Assembly: GCA_030295235.1 (NCBI GenBank)
Contig: AP026124.1
Coordinates: 2,418,001 to 2,473,220 of the forward strand
Source of the DNA: Fistulifera solaris
Lineage: Eukaryota
Direction of reading: 5' to 3'
DNA length: 55,220 bases
In this document: in pieces, positions 24,612 to 37,188 of the stretch
Layout of the letters: the number at the start of each line of letters is the position of its first letter
How positions within the stretch are numbered: the first letter of the stretch is position 1
The notes under the pieces: generated by a model
Database searches by the model: none
The model's input: the letters and a program-made list of their open reading frames with translations, nothing else
Told to the model about the DNA's origin: nothing
Translations under genes and position numbers: made by a program

Positions 24612-24793
24612 CAAATCTATCAGCTGCAAGACTGAATGCGAAAGATTTTTTTCAAACGCGTTATTCAAAACCATTTTGCGGCGTCTGGAAAGGCTCGCGC
24701 GATTCATAACTGGAACACAACGGTTCCTTGTAGCGCAACAAAATCAAGAAATAAAGACTGTGGTATTTCTTATGCTCTAATCAATGAATTAGT

Positions 24794-25111
24794 TCACCAA
24801 CGACTCTCTTCATTACAAAGCTGACACATAGAATCGCCTGACGGAGTCCCTTGTTGAGCGCAACTGGTATCCCCAAACATGTTCGTTTTCGTGGCAATCA
24901 CATCCTTCAGAGCGCACAAGCTTTGATTGAAGGCCGATGCACCAGAAAACATTTCGTACATGCTGGTCATGATGGTGGTGTTCGAGTCCAATAAGTCTTG
25001 ATTGAATGATGTAACTTTGTCCAATATGGCATTCATGGCGGTCACTTTGGACGTGTCCCAGTCTCCGATATATTGATTGATATTCGAAGCTTCGAGAAAC
25101 ATGGTTTCCAT
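24794..25111 (-). pseudogene. DUF285 3' fragment (copy 2), inverted duplicate of 33946-34266
   Basis: METMFLEASNINQYIGDWDTSKVTAMNAI...TSCAQQGTPSGDSMCQLCNEES closely matches the 33946-34266 protein. Confidence 0.85.
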
Positions 25112-25217
25112 GCAGCAAGTTTTTTTGCATTATTGAAGACTCGTGTAACGATACCAAATAATAGAAAAGCAATTACGAAATGTCAAGTAATGTACACGAA
25201 AACGGAATAGGGAAGTT

Positions 25218-26130
25218 TCAAAACAAAATTCTTTCAAAACAAAAGAATAAGTTCGTTTCAGTAACTTCAGGTAGCCCGATTCTCAGAATCCGCGTCCAAG
25301 CGTCGTCGCTTCGGACTCGAACAGAACCCTGCTTTTCGTGCGACTTCCAGTACATGACGGAGCATGATACGCCCTCCACGACTCTTGCAACGAACGCTCG
25401 CCATGAGTCGTTCTTGTTCCACTTCCTGCAACAGCTTTCGGGTGGGAAGATACCAACCCCGATGGGCCACGCCGAGACAATTGACGGAAACACAACCCCT
25501 CGTCGCCGACCACGCGCGAAGAAATGAGTGGAAGAAGATCGGTGGGCTTTAGTTGCGCCTGTTGTAACATTTTCAATCAATCAATCAATCAACGGATCGC
25601 TTACATCGAGAATGCATTCTTCGCCGTATAGAATATATTCCGGATAAGTGACTTGAATCGAAGAGGTAAGCCCAAAAGACGACGTCGATTCATTGACGAT
25701 CATTCCATTTCGATCGTACGATACAACGTTTGGCAATTCAAAGGCAACACCCGCTTCACACCAAACTGTAAAGTTGTTGTAAAACATTTTTCTTTTCAAT
25801 TGATCTGAATGCCTCCATTTGTGACGATAATAAAGAACGGCCGCGGCTCGGTAGAAAACGCCAACTGAACTCGTTCCTTCCATTTGATCGAACGTACACG
25901 GAACATCGAACGATTGAAAGATGATGAGTAAAAAGGCACGCAAGGAAGCTTCGTTGAGTAGCTACGACGAATTTTTAGGCTCGGACATTCTCGACAACAA
26001 TGCGCGCAAAACTATCGACTACTTGATAAGAATTTGTAAAAGGTGATGATGATGATGATTCCGTCGTCATATTTCTTGGTGTTGCGAAAGAGAGAAGGAC
26101 AAAATAAAAATGCCCCGAGATGATGATTGG
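25218..26130 (-). pseudogene. Internally deleted paralog of the DDE-like gene at 22305-23446
   Basis: KMFYNNFTVWCEAGVA..LPNVVSYD..G.IVN..TSSFGLTSSIQVTYPEYILYGEE joined almost directly to PTDLLPLI...RGWYLPTRKLLQEVEQ; the central ~500 bp is missing. Confidence 0.75.
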
Positions 26131-27332
26131 AGGAAGTATAGGATTACTCGGAATAATAATTTGTTTTTTCAAGTTCCCCTAAATGTGCACGCGGGTCTCT
26201 CGGACCATCTTAAGTATTTTTGACAACGGAGACTAGACCTTAATTATCGAGCAAGCAAATGTACACTTTGTAATTTACGAATGTTTTGACATTGCCGCAC
26301 GAGACAAACTACCAGTACCGGTACCACAATTTTGTTTCAAGGTAAGTTGACCTATGACCTACCGGGTACCCCCCTACTAGCATCTCGGATTTCGGGATCG
26401 TCGGTCGTTATGCTCGCCTCTTCTGGAGTAGTAAATCTGGGTCTTTGTCTTACACGAATGTGAATCAAGAAAAGCGAGTCGTAAAAAGTCTAAATAGATG
26501 TGCACATGAAGCGCCATGCAGTGCACATCCTCCTGTTTCGGCATCCGCCAAAAGCGTGCCATATTAACGCGGGGTCCACCATGGATCTTGGTGATGGGGG
26601 ACACCGGTGCGATTTTTGGCATGGAAAGGCATGTTTTCTCGAGTTAGGTCTTGTCTCCAGAACATTATTGGCGCCGATGGGATACTGCCAAACGTGGAAG
26701 GATAGGTAGGACGTAGGACCTTCCTGTTGTTGGAAGGATCCCCTAAGCTTTTTTCATCGTGACTCGATGGAATACGTCCAGTTGTCATTGGCATGTGAGA
26801 GTCATGTTTCTGGATGCGGCGTCATTCGATAAACAAGACTTGTGTGTGTGTGTCTGTGTGGAAGATGGGGGGCATGCGCCATGCGCCGCCATGCGTTCAA
26901 CAAGTTCAACCCGCGAGTAAACAAAACCGCAATACTCGCGGTCGTCTTGTACATTCTATGAGATAGTACTATTCCGCCAAGACGCGAATCAGCAAATAAG
27001 TGTACGATGGACGGTTCCTAAAACCGTGTTTGATCTATTTCGTATTATTATCGACTGGATACTTTGAACTGCATGCATGCATGCATGTATTTCCAGTATC
27101 GTGGCGCGCTCCTTATTCTTTTTTTTTCTCTCTCTCTTCGTCCTGTGGACTTTATTTTTGTCGTTCGGATCCTCGGATCCTACCCTCGCTCTAGCTAGAG
27201 ATGCGCACTCAAAATATTCTTTCAAATATTTCAACTATCGCTTCGTTGTTTCTTTTGTTATACAGCTTTTCGAAAACTCATTTAAACATGATATTCGAAG
27301 AATCATCATCATCAACGTTCATTCGTCGAAAG

Positions 27333-29666
27333 ATGAAAGTGATTTTCGTCGTATCATCAATCGTTCTGTTCTTTTGTTGTTGTTGTTGGGAACGAAAATC
27401 CTTCACCGTGTCGTCGGCTTTATCGCGAAAAGTCGTTCATCATCGATCTCTGCAATCCGATCACCAAAAAAGCAACAGTAATCAGACTACTTCTACTACT
27501 ACTACTAGTAGTCGCAGTACTAGTAGTACTACAACAACAGTGCTGTTTGGAACACGCAATGGCTACGATCAAGGTGGCAATGAAACCATGTGTTGGAAAA
27601 CGATGTGGAATACTTCTTCTAGTAAAGAACCATCACAAAAATCCAATCTCATTGAACGCAGCAATGAAGAAATGTTTACATTATCGGAAGAATCACAACT
27701 TTTACCGGAATGTTTCCACGATACTGCTTTGACTGTGAATTTATACCATCTCGAACAACAACAACAACAACAATCACCACAATTATATCTCGGACGTCCG
27801 TATACCATACAAGTGGATTTGCAAATGGATTTTGCCCAAGTGACGATTGATTTGTTCAATTCAACGTTACCAGACATTTGGGAAATCTATTTTCGGTTGC
27901 ATTTGTGTGATGCCCTACAACAAGGGTGGTGCGATCCGATTCGTGATACTCGACAAGACGATGCGGCTTTGACACGTCAAGAAGCAGATCAACCGTTGCC
28001 AGGAGAGGAACCTTCTTTGGAATTTCCTGAAAATGCCGACAAGTGGGTATACAATCCCAATGTTACCTTGAATGGATTATTGACCAAGGACCAGAAGAAG
28101 GAAGACTACAATTATTATTATTATTACGGACGATGGTGCAAATGGAAATTGCGACGACAAAATACCACCACATTGTATCGTACGACTATACCGATTACCA
28201 TTGAATTTCCGTTGCCTTCGAAAGACGACAATTACACTGATTTGTATACGACCATGGGCGCGCGACCTTTCTTGTTGGTGGGACAAGCAGTCGTTCCGTT
28301 GGGACTCACTACCGAAGGAGAACAAGTACGATTGGATGTGGCACAAACAATACCGTCCAAAGTCGTGTACGTGTCACCGCCACCGGAGATTGCCGTAGTA
28401 GGGAATCGCACCAAAATTGTGCTGGCGGTGGTCATTGCGATCGCCGGAACGTTTGCTTTGGCCTGTTTCGTGGCCATTCTCGTGTACCGACAACACGCCA
28501 TCATGCGTTTGGCGCAAGCACCCTTCTTGGCCGTCATGGCGGCCGCGTGTGTATTGCAAATTGTGTTTTCGTTCACGCATCTGCCTATCAAAGATGGGTA
28601 TTGTCAATGGCGAGGACCCTTGGTGCAATTGCCGATGGCAATGGTGGGAGCCGTATTGGTGGGACGCGTGTGGCGAGTGTACGGGACTTTGTCGACCGTA
28701 CAACGCCTGGGACGTTCTTCCGAATCCACCACCACCACCACCAAACCATGGCTCGATACGTACGTGGTGGGATGTTTGGATGCCTTGGCACGAATTCCGT
28801 ATTCCATCTTATCATCGAGGTGTCGAACCAAAGACACCCAACGCAAAGGCCCCCGGAAATCCATTCGCAGTGCCGTAACGGCCGCAGAAACGTGGTGTTT
28901 GATTGGCATGTTGATCGCACCACAACTGGCCTTGCAAATCTATGCCGCTTTGCACGAAGATGCTCAATTGATAACGGAACTCAACGAATTGGGCACCGCC
29001 GGACGCGTCGTTTGTGGCAATGTCGATCACTGGATCACGTTGGTGGGAACCGGTATTTCTTGTTGCTTGTATCTTTTGGCCGTGATTATGGCCTGGTTGT
29101 CCCGTGATTTACCCTTTTGTTTCAATGAAAAAGATCCCATTTTTCATGCGGCCACCATTTCGGCCATTATCACGGCCATGTCGATGGCGGTGGCGCAAGT
29201 GATTGATGATCCCAACACCTCGCCGAGTGCCGTCGTTTTGTTGCAATCCATTGTTTCTATTGGAATTGCCGTGACTGTGTTGATATTATTGGTGTGGCCG
29301 AAAATTCATCGGGCTTGGAGTGGTCAAACTGTGATTATGAGTCAATTATTGTCGTCGGGATCTTCCAATGCTTCGTCGAATGCGGCGCATTCCTCTTCGT
29401 CCGAAACCACGACGACGGCATCACGATCCAAAGATCCTGAGGAAGGGGCAACTTCACCCACCGTAAATGACACAACGACGACATGGAATGAACATGAAGC
29501 ATTGCCGTCCCACATTGAATCGCAAATCTGGAATTTGCAACTGACGTTTCGGGGTGTCACCGAGAAATGTGGCAACGGATGTACCCTTTCAAAGACGGAA
29601 TGGCACCAATTGCAAGAAAGTATACAACAATTGCATACAGATATTCATCAAGTTCATGTGGAGTAA
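27333..29666 (+). CDS. Class C (GABA-B-like, 7tm_3) G-protein-coupled receptor with atypical N-terminal ectodomain; start uncertain (ORF open from 27201)
   Basis: Seven hydrophobic segments with class C hallmarks: YRQHAIMRLAQAPFL, C-x-W after TM2, GRVWRVY, SRDLPFCFNEK, LLVWPKI. Confidence 0.85.
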   Translation: MKVIFVVSSIVLFFCCCCWERKSFTVSSALSRKVVHHRSLQSDHQKSNSNQTTSTTTTSSRSTSSTTTTVLFGTRNGYDQGGNETMCWKTMWNTSSSKEPSQKSNLIERSNEEMFTLSEESQLLPECFHDTALTVNLYHLEQQQQQQSPQLYLGRPYTIQVDLQMDFAQVTIDLFNSTLPDIWEIYFRLHLCDALQQGWCDPIRDTRQDDAALTRQEADQPLPGEEPSLEFPENADKWVYNPNVTLNGLLTKDQKKEDYNYYYYYGRWCKWKLRRQNTTTLYRTTIPITIEFPLPSKDDNYTDLYTTMGARPFLLVGQAVVPLGLTTEGEQVRLDVAQTIPSKVVYVSPPPEIAVVGNRTKIVLAVVIAIAGTFALACFVAILVYRQHAIMRLAQAPFLAVMAAACVLQIVFSFTHLPIKDGYCQWRGPLVQLPMAMVGAVLVGRVWRVYGTLSTVQRLGRSSESTTTTTKPWLDTYVVGCLDALARIPYSILSSRCRTKDTQRKGPRKSIRSAVTAAETWCLIGMLIAPQLALQIYAALHEDAQLITELNELGTAGRVVCGNVDHWITLVGTGISCCLYLLAVIMAWLSRDLPFCFNEKDPIFHAATISAIITAMSMAVAQVIDDPNTSPSAVVLLQSIVSIGIAVTVLILLVWPKIHRAWSGQTVIMSQLLSSGSSNASSNAAHSSSSETTTTASRSKDPEEGATSPTVNDTTTTWNEHEALPSHIESQIWNLQLTFRGVTEKCGNGCTLSKTEWHQLQESIQQLHTDIHQVHVE

Positions 29667-29994
29667 AAAATAGGAAAGTGAAGTATAGTGATGTTTCACT
29701 GCAATGGGACTGAAAGGAGGTATTCAGCCGTCTCGGTGCTCATGTCATGGATCCCTAGCCTGGAACGATGAAGCGACGTCATATTATCGCTAACCCTATT
29801 TTTCACAAACACAGTCTCTTGTTTGTCAGTCCGGTATTGTTTTTCTCATTCGTTCGCTCTCCATACACAGTAAACTCAAAATAATCATTTCATGAACAGG
29901 AAAATGTGTGTTAAATATTAAGAGCCTTTTCAATCTCTTCTAAAACAACGTTCTACCACGACTGCAGTTACTAGCACAATAGAAACGAGGGAAA

Positions 29995-30444
29995 ATGTCA
30001 GCAACATCGACACAACAATCCTTATTGCATTTGTATCGCAAATTGTTGCGTGCTTGTCAAACGTACGTATGTTCTGGAACGTCTGTTGAATGTGCCGAGA
30101 TCTCTCTGTATACTCTACTGCAGTATTCATTTCTTTTCTTCTTGTTTTTTTTTTGTAGAACAGATTTCCATCTCGCAAACGTGATTCGATTCATCAAGCC
30201 ATTCGGGACGATTTCCGTGCGCACCAGAACGAAACCGATCCTCACAAAATCGAGCAACACATTTCCGTTGCTATTAAAGGATTAGATCAGTTGCAACAAT
30301 TCAATGTCAGTCGTATGACCAAAGGAAATACTAATAGTAGTACATGGAATGTCCACTTGGAACAAAAATCCCATGCCGAAACCCGATGATTATGAAGAAC
30401 GGAAAAGAAATCGAAAACGTAGTCAAAGGAGGATAGAGTTGTAG
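29995..30444 (+). CDS. LYR-motif (Complex1_LYR) mitochondrial protein
   Basis: LLHLYRKLLRACQT, intron 30063-30163 (GTACGT...CAG), then FPSRKRDSIHQAIRDDFRAHQNETDP...AIKGLDQL. Stop at 30389, or at 30444 if the A-run at ~30365 has an extra base. Confidence 0.82.
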
Positions 30445-30698
30445 TAGGATAGTAGGATTCATGGAAGAAAGACGAGATGACATCGTACTCTGGTCGGATG
30501 CAATGCGTGTTCTATTAGCTCAGGCGAAACAGATCGCCATCCAACAACAACAATTTAGACAATCTATATTTGTCGCTCTTTCTTTTTTGGTAATGTATCA
30601 TTCAGCTTTATAAGAGAATTTTACCTACGTCGCGCCGCCGGGGAGTATTCTATTACAGTGATGGAATGCGAGCAACGTGATCCCGTGTTTGATTTGGT

Positions 30699-32063
30699 TT
30701 AATTCTTTTTCTTCTTGCCACGTTTCTTGCTACTGCTGCTGCTGTTGTTGGGTTCTTCCGTCGTTGCTTCAATACTCTCCTCGCTATTATCGTCGCTATT
30801 ACTCTTCTCTACCACTTCCGCATCTACAATGGCTTGTTTCGTCAACGTCTTGATGCCACCAGTGCTGCTGTTTTCGATCGGCGTCCCAAATCCACTCGGT
30901 TTTTCACGCGGAGGCGTAAAGATGGATGCTTTGCTGGTCGTACTACTAGTACTACTACTACTGCCCGTATTGAATTCCATCGCTGCCGGTGGTGGCATGG
31001 TACTTCGAATGAACAGCGACAAGCCTGTTGTGATGACATTGTTGACGAACCAATACACACACAAGGCGGCCGGGACATTCAAACTGAACCAACCAATCAT
31101 GAGGGGTAACACCTTCAAAATGGCATTGCTTTGTTGTTGGGCCGAGTCCGTCGTTTTGGGTTGCATCAGTTCCATACTGAGATACTGCGAAACAACCAAC
31201 AGAACAGGCAAAATCAAAAACGAAATCGTATCATCCCAACCCAGTGATGGCACTCCGTCGGTCCTGATGACGAAAAAAAAAACGTAAGATAGATAGTGAG
31301 TCACCTTATACAATCCAAGAACACTGGTGTTTTCTGGATCAGACGCACCATCCTTTAAAGAGCCAATCCGATCCCGATGTCGGATCCGCGCCATACGTCG
31401 GACCTTCCAAATTGGGTAACCACAAGAAAGGTTCATTCAACTTATTTTCTTGCGCCAAGTCCAAGACGGCCCTGTATAGACCAATAAAGATGGGAATTTG
31501 TGCCAAACTTGGCAAACAGCCCGCCAACGGATTAATATCGTTGGATTGATAAAATTCGGCAATTTTTTGATTCATAACTTCCGGATTGGATTGATATTTC
31601 GCTTGCAATTCTTTAATGGCGGGTTGCATGGCTTGCATCTTGTTGGTGCTTTCGAGTTGTGTCTTTGTGAGTGGAAAGGTCACGGCTTTAATGAGTAGAG
31701 TAATGGCAATGATACTGACGCCCCAAGCATTCGCACTGACTCCGACCGCCACGAGTCCAGCATGAATGAGTTGCAACAAGAACATGATAGGTCCGGTCAA
31801 GAAACCGAACCAGCCATTGTCCGTTTTGGCGACTTCGGTAGCCGCATCCGCTGTCACTTCCATAGCATCGGCTAAGAATGTGGAAGACGACCCGAACGCA
31901 TCTTGTAGGATACTACTCATATGTTGCGGCAAATCCGAAAAAAGCATCCAAAGGGACCAATGAACGTGCAGTTGTAGATAAAGGAAGATTCACACGTTGC
32001 AATGGTGTTGTAAAGGCTTGTACGCCCGAGAGGAAAAGAAAAAGCCGCCACGGTTACTTTCAT
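30699..32063 (-). CDS. ALB3: Thylakoid membrane insertase Alb3 (YidC/Oxa1 family)
   Basis: Leader MKVTVAAFLFLSGVQAF, frameshift at A-run ~31940. Conserved WGVSIIAITLLIKAVTFPLTK..Q, INPLAGCLP..AQIPIFIGLY, FLWLPNLEGP, LPLMIGWFSLNVPAALCVYW. Intron 31264-31348. Confidence 0.93.
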
Positions 32064-32666
32064 CGTATGCTGTGTTGTTGAAGGAAATGGAAATCAAATC
32101 AATGTAAAATCAGTGAATTGTGTTTTGAATACGTCGTTCGGCGTGCCCTATTCTAAAAATCAATAGAGACACTATTATAAGCGAGACAAAATGGATTCAA
32201 CAAGGACAAACAAGACGCGACGGTTGTCGACGACCGATAATCCGATATAGCAAGATAATAGGATCGAAGAGGTATGTCACTCCTTACTACCAGTAGTATG
32301 AGTATGATGAGATGAGATGAGATTCTTTTTTTGTTGCCGAAAATCATCGGTCGTCGGTCGTCGTTGAACAACGTACGTACGCGGTCTGACTGTCACCTGC
32401 CTGACGTGTCAGTCTCGGGACTCAATCAGCTTGACTCAAAAACGGTTGACTATAGAATACGGAGTAGACTATAAAAATTGCGAGGCAAACTCCAAAAGCA
32501 ACGAATGAAATGAAATGCATTCGAGAAATGTATCCGTATCACGAGTCTCTATTTGATAATGTTCCACAAGTACATTTTTTAATGGTTTTACGTGTCATCT
32601 GCGTTATCTGTATCGTTTCGATCATGTATTTTGCCAACATGTGATGCAAAGTCTCCATTGCATTGA

Positions 32667-33072
32667 CTACGCTTTCGTATAACAGCTACCGGATCCTTCC
32701 GGATCGTCCGGACTATCCAACACGCATACTTTACTGAATTCAGAAAGAACACCAGCGGTGAGAAAACAAAAAAAAATCCATTTCGCATACACCTTTTGCG
32801 GAAAACCATACTTACTCTCGAGAGCAAATCAAATCGCTTCGACACGAGAAACTGATAAAATCATCCAACGCACAGACCAAACAATCCTTATTTTGCGATC
32901 GGGGAAAACACTGTCCTCCATTACTTCCACAAGATTGTCCGAATGACGTGCATTCGGCCGCGCAATCTCGATTCGCACAAAGGCCAAACAATAAAGCCTG
33001 CGCAGTCATGCTGCTGCAAGCTAGAACGATCAAAAAGCGCGTAGTGACAGATACGAATGAATTCATTTTCAT
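32667..33072 (-). CDS. Small secreted cysteine-rich protein (~107 aa)
   Basis: Signal peptide MKMNSFVSVTTRFLIVLACSSMTAQA. Canonical intron 32734-32815 (GTAAGT...TTCAG) keeps the frame and adds DKVCVLDSPDDPEGSGSCYTKA*. 11 Cys in the mature part. Confidence 0.65.
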
Positions 33073-33558
33073 GAAGTTGCAAAGAAGGACCGTCGAACGT
33101 CAAAAACAAGTAATATTCCGTATGATGTGATGGCAATCGTCGTTGCGGCTCGTCGTCATGATGTTGTGTTACATTGTGCTGGCGGTGCTTGGTGCGAAGA
33201 CAAAAAAAAACGAAAGTTCGACAGTTTGACTATTCGAAAGGATGTGGTGAAATTTTTCTTGAATTTCGGATACTGACTACTGATTACTGATGTCATGTCT
33301 ACTCTCTTGTATCACAGAGTCGCGTCAAGGAGCTTTCTGGATTACTACTCGCGGACAGAACATCAGTCGTGGTAAATCGATGATTCTGATATGATGATTC
33401 TTCTCTGAGAATATTTCACACGGAAATAACATCTCGCCGCACCACCACCAAAAAATGAGTCCTTGTTCTGGAACACAAACTCATCGAACACTGATACCAC
33501 TGGCAAGAAGATCATCCACAAACCAAACAACATCACCAAGTAAACAAATCCGTACAAT

Positions 33559-34266
33559 AATGAACGCTTCCCCGTCTCTCTCTTCTCTCTCTTTGCGCTG
33601 TTTTGATTGTGATGAATCTTCCTGTGATGTGGAAGAGTCTTTACCACCCGAACCGATCTGAAGGCCACACTGGACGAATATATTCGGGCACCCCCGGTCC
33701 TTCACCCAATTGCTGGGATGTCTCACAAGTCACCGATACAAATGACTTGAACAAAGATATCAGTGACAAGGCTGATACGTCGGCGGTTACGGATATGCGT
33801 TTCCTGTTCTTGGGGAATTCTGACTTCGATGAAAACATTGGCGATTGGGATACGTACCAAGTCACCAACCATGTTTTCCATGTTTTATTAGGCTACCGCC
33901 TTTAATTAAGACGTTGGTGACCAGGATTCCGCCAGAGTTATCAGTATGCAAACAATGTTCCTCAAAGCTTCAAATTTCAATCAAGATATCGGAGACTGGG
34001 ACACGTCCAAAGTGACCACCATGAATGCCATATTCGACAAAGCTACATCATTGAATCAAGACTTATCCGACTGGAACACCACCATTGTGACCAGCATGTA
34101 CGAAATGTTTTCCGCTGCATCGGCCTTCAATCAAAACTCGTGGTGTGTGTGGAAGGATCTGATTGCCACGAAAATCTTCATGTTTACGGAGACCAGTTGC
34201 GCTCAACAAGGGACTCCGTCTGGTGATTACATGTGTCAGCTCTGTAATGATGAAAGTAGTTGTTGA
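33559..34266 (+). pseudogene. DUF285/BspA-like repeat protein pseudogene (copy 3)
   Basis: PSPNCWDVSQVTD, ENIGDWDT, FNQDIGDWDTSKVTTM repeats; in-frame TAA at ~33907 and frameshifts. Confidence 0.85.
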
Positions 34267-34551
34267 CTTATTTTTATCATAGATTTCGAGCTTGAGAACA
34301 AAGCTATAAGAGTGTTGGAGCAAGATGGGAAGAAAATGTGCCGTTACGATGTAGACTGGTTTTCTAGTTACGAAGCGCGCGAGCCTTTCCTGGCGGCGCA
34401 CCAGTGATCTTTCCACCGCGCCCTAAGTTTTTATCTTTTTCATCATCTGTTTCATTTATTGTCGTTTTTTCATTCAGTCGTTTCGACTCGAATGAGATAC
34501 ATCCTTCAACTCTCTTTTTCTTATACCTTATCGCAACTATCACGATCTACA

Positions 34552-35251
34552 ATGACCATCACCGACGAAGCAGCGACACCCAGCAAAGACGACAAGAAAT
34601 TACATTCGGCGGTCGAATTTGAACCCCCGCTCGCCTGTGTGCGACGCCTCCTCAAACATTCGTTGCCCAGCTCGACGAATGTCGGGAAAGATGCTTCGGC
34701 CGCGTTTGCACGTGCCTGTGGTATTTTTATTATTTATTTAACGGCCTGTGCGAATGATTTTGCCCGTGAACACAAACGACAAACAATTACGGCCAATGAT
34801 GTGCTCGCGGCCGTGCAAGTAAGTGTGACGCGAGGAAAGGCTCATCTATGACAGTGTTTCTCTTACCCTTTCTTGTTAGGAACTTGACTTTGATTCATTT
34901 ACACCCGATATGACGTCCTTTTTGGAATCGTATCGTCAAACAGAAAAGAAAAAGAAAGATGAGAAAGCAGCCGCCAAGAAGGAAAAACAAGAGGGTCGAG
35001 AAGAAGACGACGACGACGACGATGATGATGATGAAGAGGATGACGACGAAGAAGAAGAGGAAGTGATAGAAGAGGAGGAAGACGAAGACGAAGAACATGA
35101 AATGACACCGGAATTTCGGAAACGCAAAGACAGCGATGTGGAGAGTCGTATGGTTGAAACGCCACCTTCGTCTCCCAAGAAGTTGAAGCTCTCCGAAGAA
35201 GTTGAAGTCGAAGTATCGGTCGAGGCAGAATCGGCAGCTGGGGAGGACTAG
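34552..35251 (+). CDS. Histone-fold protein, DPB4/POLE3/CHRAC17 (NF-YB-like) with acidic tail
   Basis: EPPLACVRRLLK...VGKDASAAFARACGIFIIYLTACANDFA...RQTITANDVLAAVQ, intron 34819-34879, then ELDFDSF and a poly-D/E tail. Confidence 0.88.
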
Positions 35252-35752
35252 AAAGTCATTTGAGGTACAAATATCAGGTATTTCATCGGAACATAAACTA
35301 TTCGATTAGTTCTTTACAGACTTTGCCAAATTGTATGAATAAACTAACATGGTCTCGTACAATCTCACTTTTCAAACAAGACCTTATCTCGTCTCAAGCC
35401 TGCATACCTGCAAAAACAAGCAAACGTGAGACACTGTTTGTTTTCCAGAAATATCCATGCTACGGTTATCTCCCAACACGTAATGGCGCCAGAGCGCTCG
35501 TCCAGGAGTGGGAATGTAGCTCGCCAACCGGAGCTCGCCTAGTCAGTAAAGACCCAGCAAGCTCAACGATGGGAACTTGATCTAGAGCTTTCGGCTATCG
35601 CTTGTACCGCAGGAAACTTCGAAACCGTACAGCTTCGAATCAGCGCGAAAAAGGCCAGTGACACTGCTATCCTGTACACGCCTGTGACAACGTGTACGCG
35701 CAGGTCGAGCTCATTGTAAAAGAAAAAAAGCATTAAATTGACTCACCTTTTA

Positions 35753-36689
35753 TTACCAGTCACCGGCGACCGGTTCGTATAATAATCGCTTCCACCGCGG
35801 AATCATTTTCCGGGCCAGACTTGGAATGATTTGCTCAAACAACTTCATTTCGACCGGATCGCCCGAAATCGCTTCGTACATGCCCACCAGATGCAAACGG
35901 GAATCCCAAATTCCTAAATTTCGAATGACTTGATTGTTGAAAGATTTTTGATCCGTTTCCGGAATCAAGCGGGCAATCGTCGGTACCAGATACGTGTTTT
36001 CGAGATGCAACATGGAGCGCGTTTGTTGCGCCACTTGCGCCGAACATTCCGCAATGGATAGAACGGCTGGATCCGATGATGATGCTACGAGCGTGGCGTC
36101 TTGGTTCTGTGTAAGAAGAAAAAGATTGCATGTGTGAGTGTCAACGGAGGCATAGTGATAATTGTGATCGGAGACACATTCGGTCGATACGCACCATCTG
36201 CGACCCCAATATTTGTACGGATTGCCGCAATTCCTCCAATTCCTCCAGTATGACATGGATGGCCGACCCTACAACAGGATTCTTTGCCGAAATTTGTTTC
36301 CGTACCCAAGGAAAGAACAAGTCGGTTTCAATCTGATGCAAGGCCTTCATGTTGAAGCCGACAACATGGTTTACGGCCCGCTGTATCAACGCAGTGTCGT
36401 GCGGTCGACGCAACGCCAATTGCTGCAATCGTTCCGCTTGTCTCGCGAGAGACATGGTATGCCAGCGCCATCCTTGAATTTGGAACGTCGCGCTTGCGTC
36501 AGTCTCTTGCAAAAACGTTTCTAACTGCTCGTAGGCTTCGGCCCGTGACAAACACGAGTGGCTATTCCATTCCGTCTTACTACTCGCAGCAGTATTGCGA
36601 GCAAACAGAGAAAATCCTCGACTCGTCACCAATCCCATCAAGACTTGAAAACAGAGCCACAGACGGCCCAACTGTGTCGTGCACTTCAT
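35753..36689 (-). CDS. Conserved hypothetical protein, hemerythrin/HHE-like helical domain, with N-terminal targeting signal
   Basis: Intron 36107-36194 keeps the frame. WRWH...LHQIETDLFFPW...HLENTYLVP resembles HxxxE cation-binding motifs. Confidence 0.6.
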
Positions 36690-37188
36690 TTTCAAACAGC
36701 AGCAACACACAAACAAACTAAACAGTCCACATGCCTTTGCCGCGCCTTTTACTAACTTTTATTCAGTTGACGTGCATGTTTGACAACTAGAACAATTATT
36801 GTATAGTAAACCACAAACAAAACAATAACAACAGCGATACATGGATACGGATCGGCTGCGTCAATGTTGAAGAATGTGCAATGGATGCGACGAATGATCG
36901 AAATAAAGGGTTGGCAGTTTTTGATTGGATGCGGTGATGCGGTGGTCTCTGTTAGTTGTCGGATGCAAGTGCAGACGCGAAGCTAGTGAATGAATCATGT
37001 TGCAGTCCCGAATGTGGCCGGCGTTCGCCGAATTTTCTTTCTGCGACACTTCTTCGAAAAAAGATCGCATCGAACAATAACGACGATGAGATTATTACGC
37101 AGGCGACGATGCTGTCAAAGACACTTCCTTTTTAGTCTTTTGTTTCATCATTATTTATAATCCTTTTGGCTCAAAAACCTCCGAAAGC

